The translations under genes and the position numbers were made by a program. Below, piece after piece: positions 40,209-41,704 of a stretch of 41,704 nt of DNA. The stretch is from Sphaeroforma arctica JP610 (Eukaryota), in NCBI RefSeq assembly GCF_001186125.1, contig NW_014040290.1, positions 25,322 through 67,025 of the forward strand, in the 5' to 3' direction. Numbering within the stretch: the first letter of the stretch is position 1; every line of letters begins with the position of its first letter. Under the pieces are notes generated by a model. The model made no database searches. It had not been told where the DNA came from and saw nothing but the letters and a program-made list of their open reading frames with translations.

Positions 40209-40610
40209 GACTGGAAATGTAACCCCAGGTGGTTTGAACTGGCTCACAAGATATTTGAGCCACATACAATTGATATGTTTGCTGCACATCACAATGCACA
40301 ACTAAAGAACTATAGGACTTTAAATCATCATATAGGAGACGCTTTTCAACTAGACCTCTCCAAACATAATGCGTGGGCTAATCCACCATGGCAGTTAATT
40401 GCCCAATTATCAAATTATGTTCATATACACAAAGCTACCATCAAGTTGTGTTGCCCATTACGGAGTAAAGATCCATGGCTCAATAAATTAATAAGCATGA
40501 TATTATGCGAGCCAATATATTTAGATGGGGATATAGATACTTTCCTATATCAGAGTACCCGAGCCGCCCAGAAGACGCCCTGGAGACATACTATAATATG
40601 TCGTATAGGC
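40209..40610 (+). pseudogene. Dam-like N6-adenine DNA methyltransferase domain of element 2, in frame with the RNase H C-terminus
   Basis: DWKCNPRWF..FEPHTIDMFA..HNAQL..DAFQLDL..AWANPPW.LI..ATI..CP....PW; NPPW at 40380-40391. The domain itself has no stop codon. Confidence 0.88.
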
Positions 40611-41069
40611 CACATTGGAACAACCAAATGGACCCCTTCTGAGACCTTCCTTAACAAGGTCAAAGAATCACAATTTCCACTCTCTACTAGATTGAACGTT
40701 AAGCAGTTCAAAGGCAACACAGCTTGAAGTCTGTGCACAAGAAATACAATCTACTAATGACACTACATTTAAGAAGCGTCAGTCTCTAGCTAGGACTCTG
40801 TTTAGTAACATAGAGTCCGAGCCCGAGGTCTTTCAACCCATATTTTTAAAGGGATTAATGAAAGGTATTCCCAAAGTATATACACATAATACGACTGCTA
40901 AATAGTTCAGGTGTATCAAACGCACACGAGCGCAGTCATGACACTCATGCGAAAGAAGGACAGAAGTCTAGAAACACTACAGACTTAGAGACCACGCAAA
41001 TAGATTCTCAATACCCTACCTCTATTCTGGAGAAGCAGAAAGATGAAAACATTCTTATTTGGCTGACGC

Positions 41070-41485
41070 AAATCCACAAGCTGAAGCACCAAAACGTAGT
41101 AGACGCACTTAAAGATGCGAAACGAAATGGGATCGTGCACCCTAAGCTGGCAACTTTAGTTGACAGAGTATATCAGTCATGTACAGACTGTGATCTCAAC
41201 CAGGTTAAGCGCTATGGGTTCGCACCGCATAAGAGTGTGACTGAAGATGTTCCATGGCGCAGGGTCATCATTGATCTGGCTGACCTGCCTACGTCCGAGC
41301 ACACAGGCGACCTTTACGTATGTCACTTCTTTGATGTGGCGTCACGGTTTAACTTGCTCTATCCATTAAAGGATAAAAGTACGCAGACCGTGGTAGAATT
41401 ATGTTGCCAAGTCTTTGCTGACCACGGGTGGTCAGGTATCATGTGCACTGATATCGGTAGCGAGTTCTGCGATGACGTAAGTTAA
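41070..41485 (+). pseudogene. DDE integrase N-terminal half (HHCC + rve) of element 2
   Basis: IHKLKH..HPKL..V..VYQSCTDC..PWRRVIIDLADLP..FFDVASRF..YPLKDKS..TDIGSEF; it ends before the catalytic E. Confidence 0.9.
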
Positions 41486-41704
41486 CTTCAGACGCTTTTG
41501 ACAATCAGGACTATTTAAAGGCCTTTACAGAAAATGACGTAGACACAGGCTGAGATAGATAGCATGTTCTTATCGTCTGAAGGCACGGAAGTAAAAACTT
41601 ACTCACCAACAGCATTTATCCCGAGCTTTACTGCTCATCCTTCGTATGTTCAAAAAACATCGAAGCGTAAGGAATGTACATTATACAATATATATACATT
41701 ATAT

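Larger units (their letters stand above)
35220..41485 (+). mobile_element. Decayed Ty3/Gypsy retrotransposon 2: LTR-gag-PR-RT-RNaseH-adenine MTase-integrase (3' truncated)
   Basis: Gag-like broken ORFs 36154-38350. Protease ~38380-38690 (LALINPDSEISFIS..YDIIV*M). RT 39036-39686 (IDLTQGYHQ, APFGL, YIDDIVIFS). RNase H 39714-40163 (IATDASD, ELLAIV, LPDMLSR). MTase 40209-40610. Integrase ~41070-41485 (H..H..CTDC, VIIDL, FDVASRF, TDIGSEF). Confidence 0.92.

Noticed and set aside
39036..40727. Interpretation of element 2 as an ordinary DIRS element
   Set aside because: It has a protease relic, an HHCC/DDE integrase and TG..CA LTRs with a TSD, and no linked tyrosine recombinase. The YR at 10.2-11.9 kb is a distant, separate Crypton-like relic.
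36000..41485. Possible C-to-T/G-to-A (RIP or methylation-like) mutation bias in the TE relics
   Set aside because: There are only a few anecdotal cases (protease D to N, Gln to stop). It needs a consensus-based substitution count that cannot be done by eye.

Overview
Eukaryotic, intron-rich genomic DNA with three assembly gaps; the organism cannot be fixed from sequence alone. It holds two intact host genes: a 3-exon RING+PHD finger protein (952-5742, +) and a 10-exon V-ATPase catalytic subunit A (25954-33542, +). Between and after them lies a field of decayed, nested mobile elements: a Crypton-like tyrosine-recombinase/GCR1_C relic, possible MULE-like relics, a minus-strand Ty3/Gypsy integrase remnant, and three copies of one ~0.8 kb LTR. 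The main finding is two divergent Ty3/Gypsy-type pol genes (about 19860-23600 and 35220-41485) that both carry a Dam-like N6-adenine DNA methyltransferase domain (NPPW motif) directly after RNase H. In the second element this domain sits between RNase H and a DDE integrase (PR-RT-RH-MTase-IN). An RH-MTase fusion is the established layout of DIRS elements, not of protease/integrase-encoding LTR elements. A hairpin-forming segment of that element's LTR also recurs in an otherwise unrelated ~243-bp tandem repeat. All alignments were done by eye and coordinates of decayed elements are approximate.
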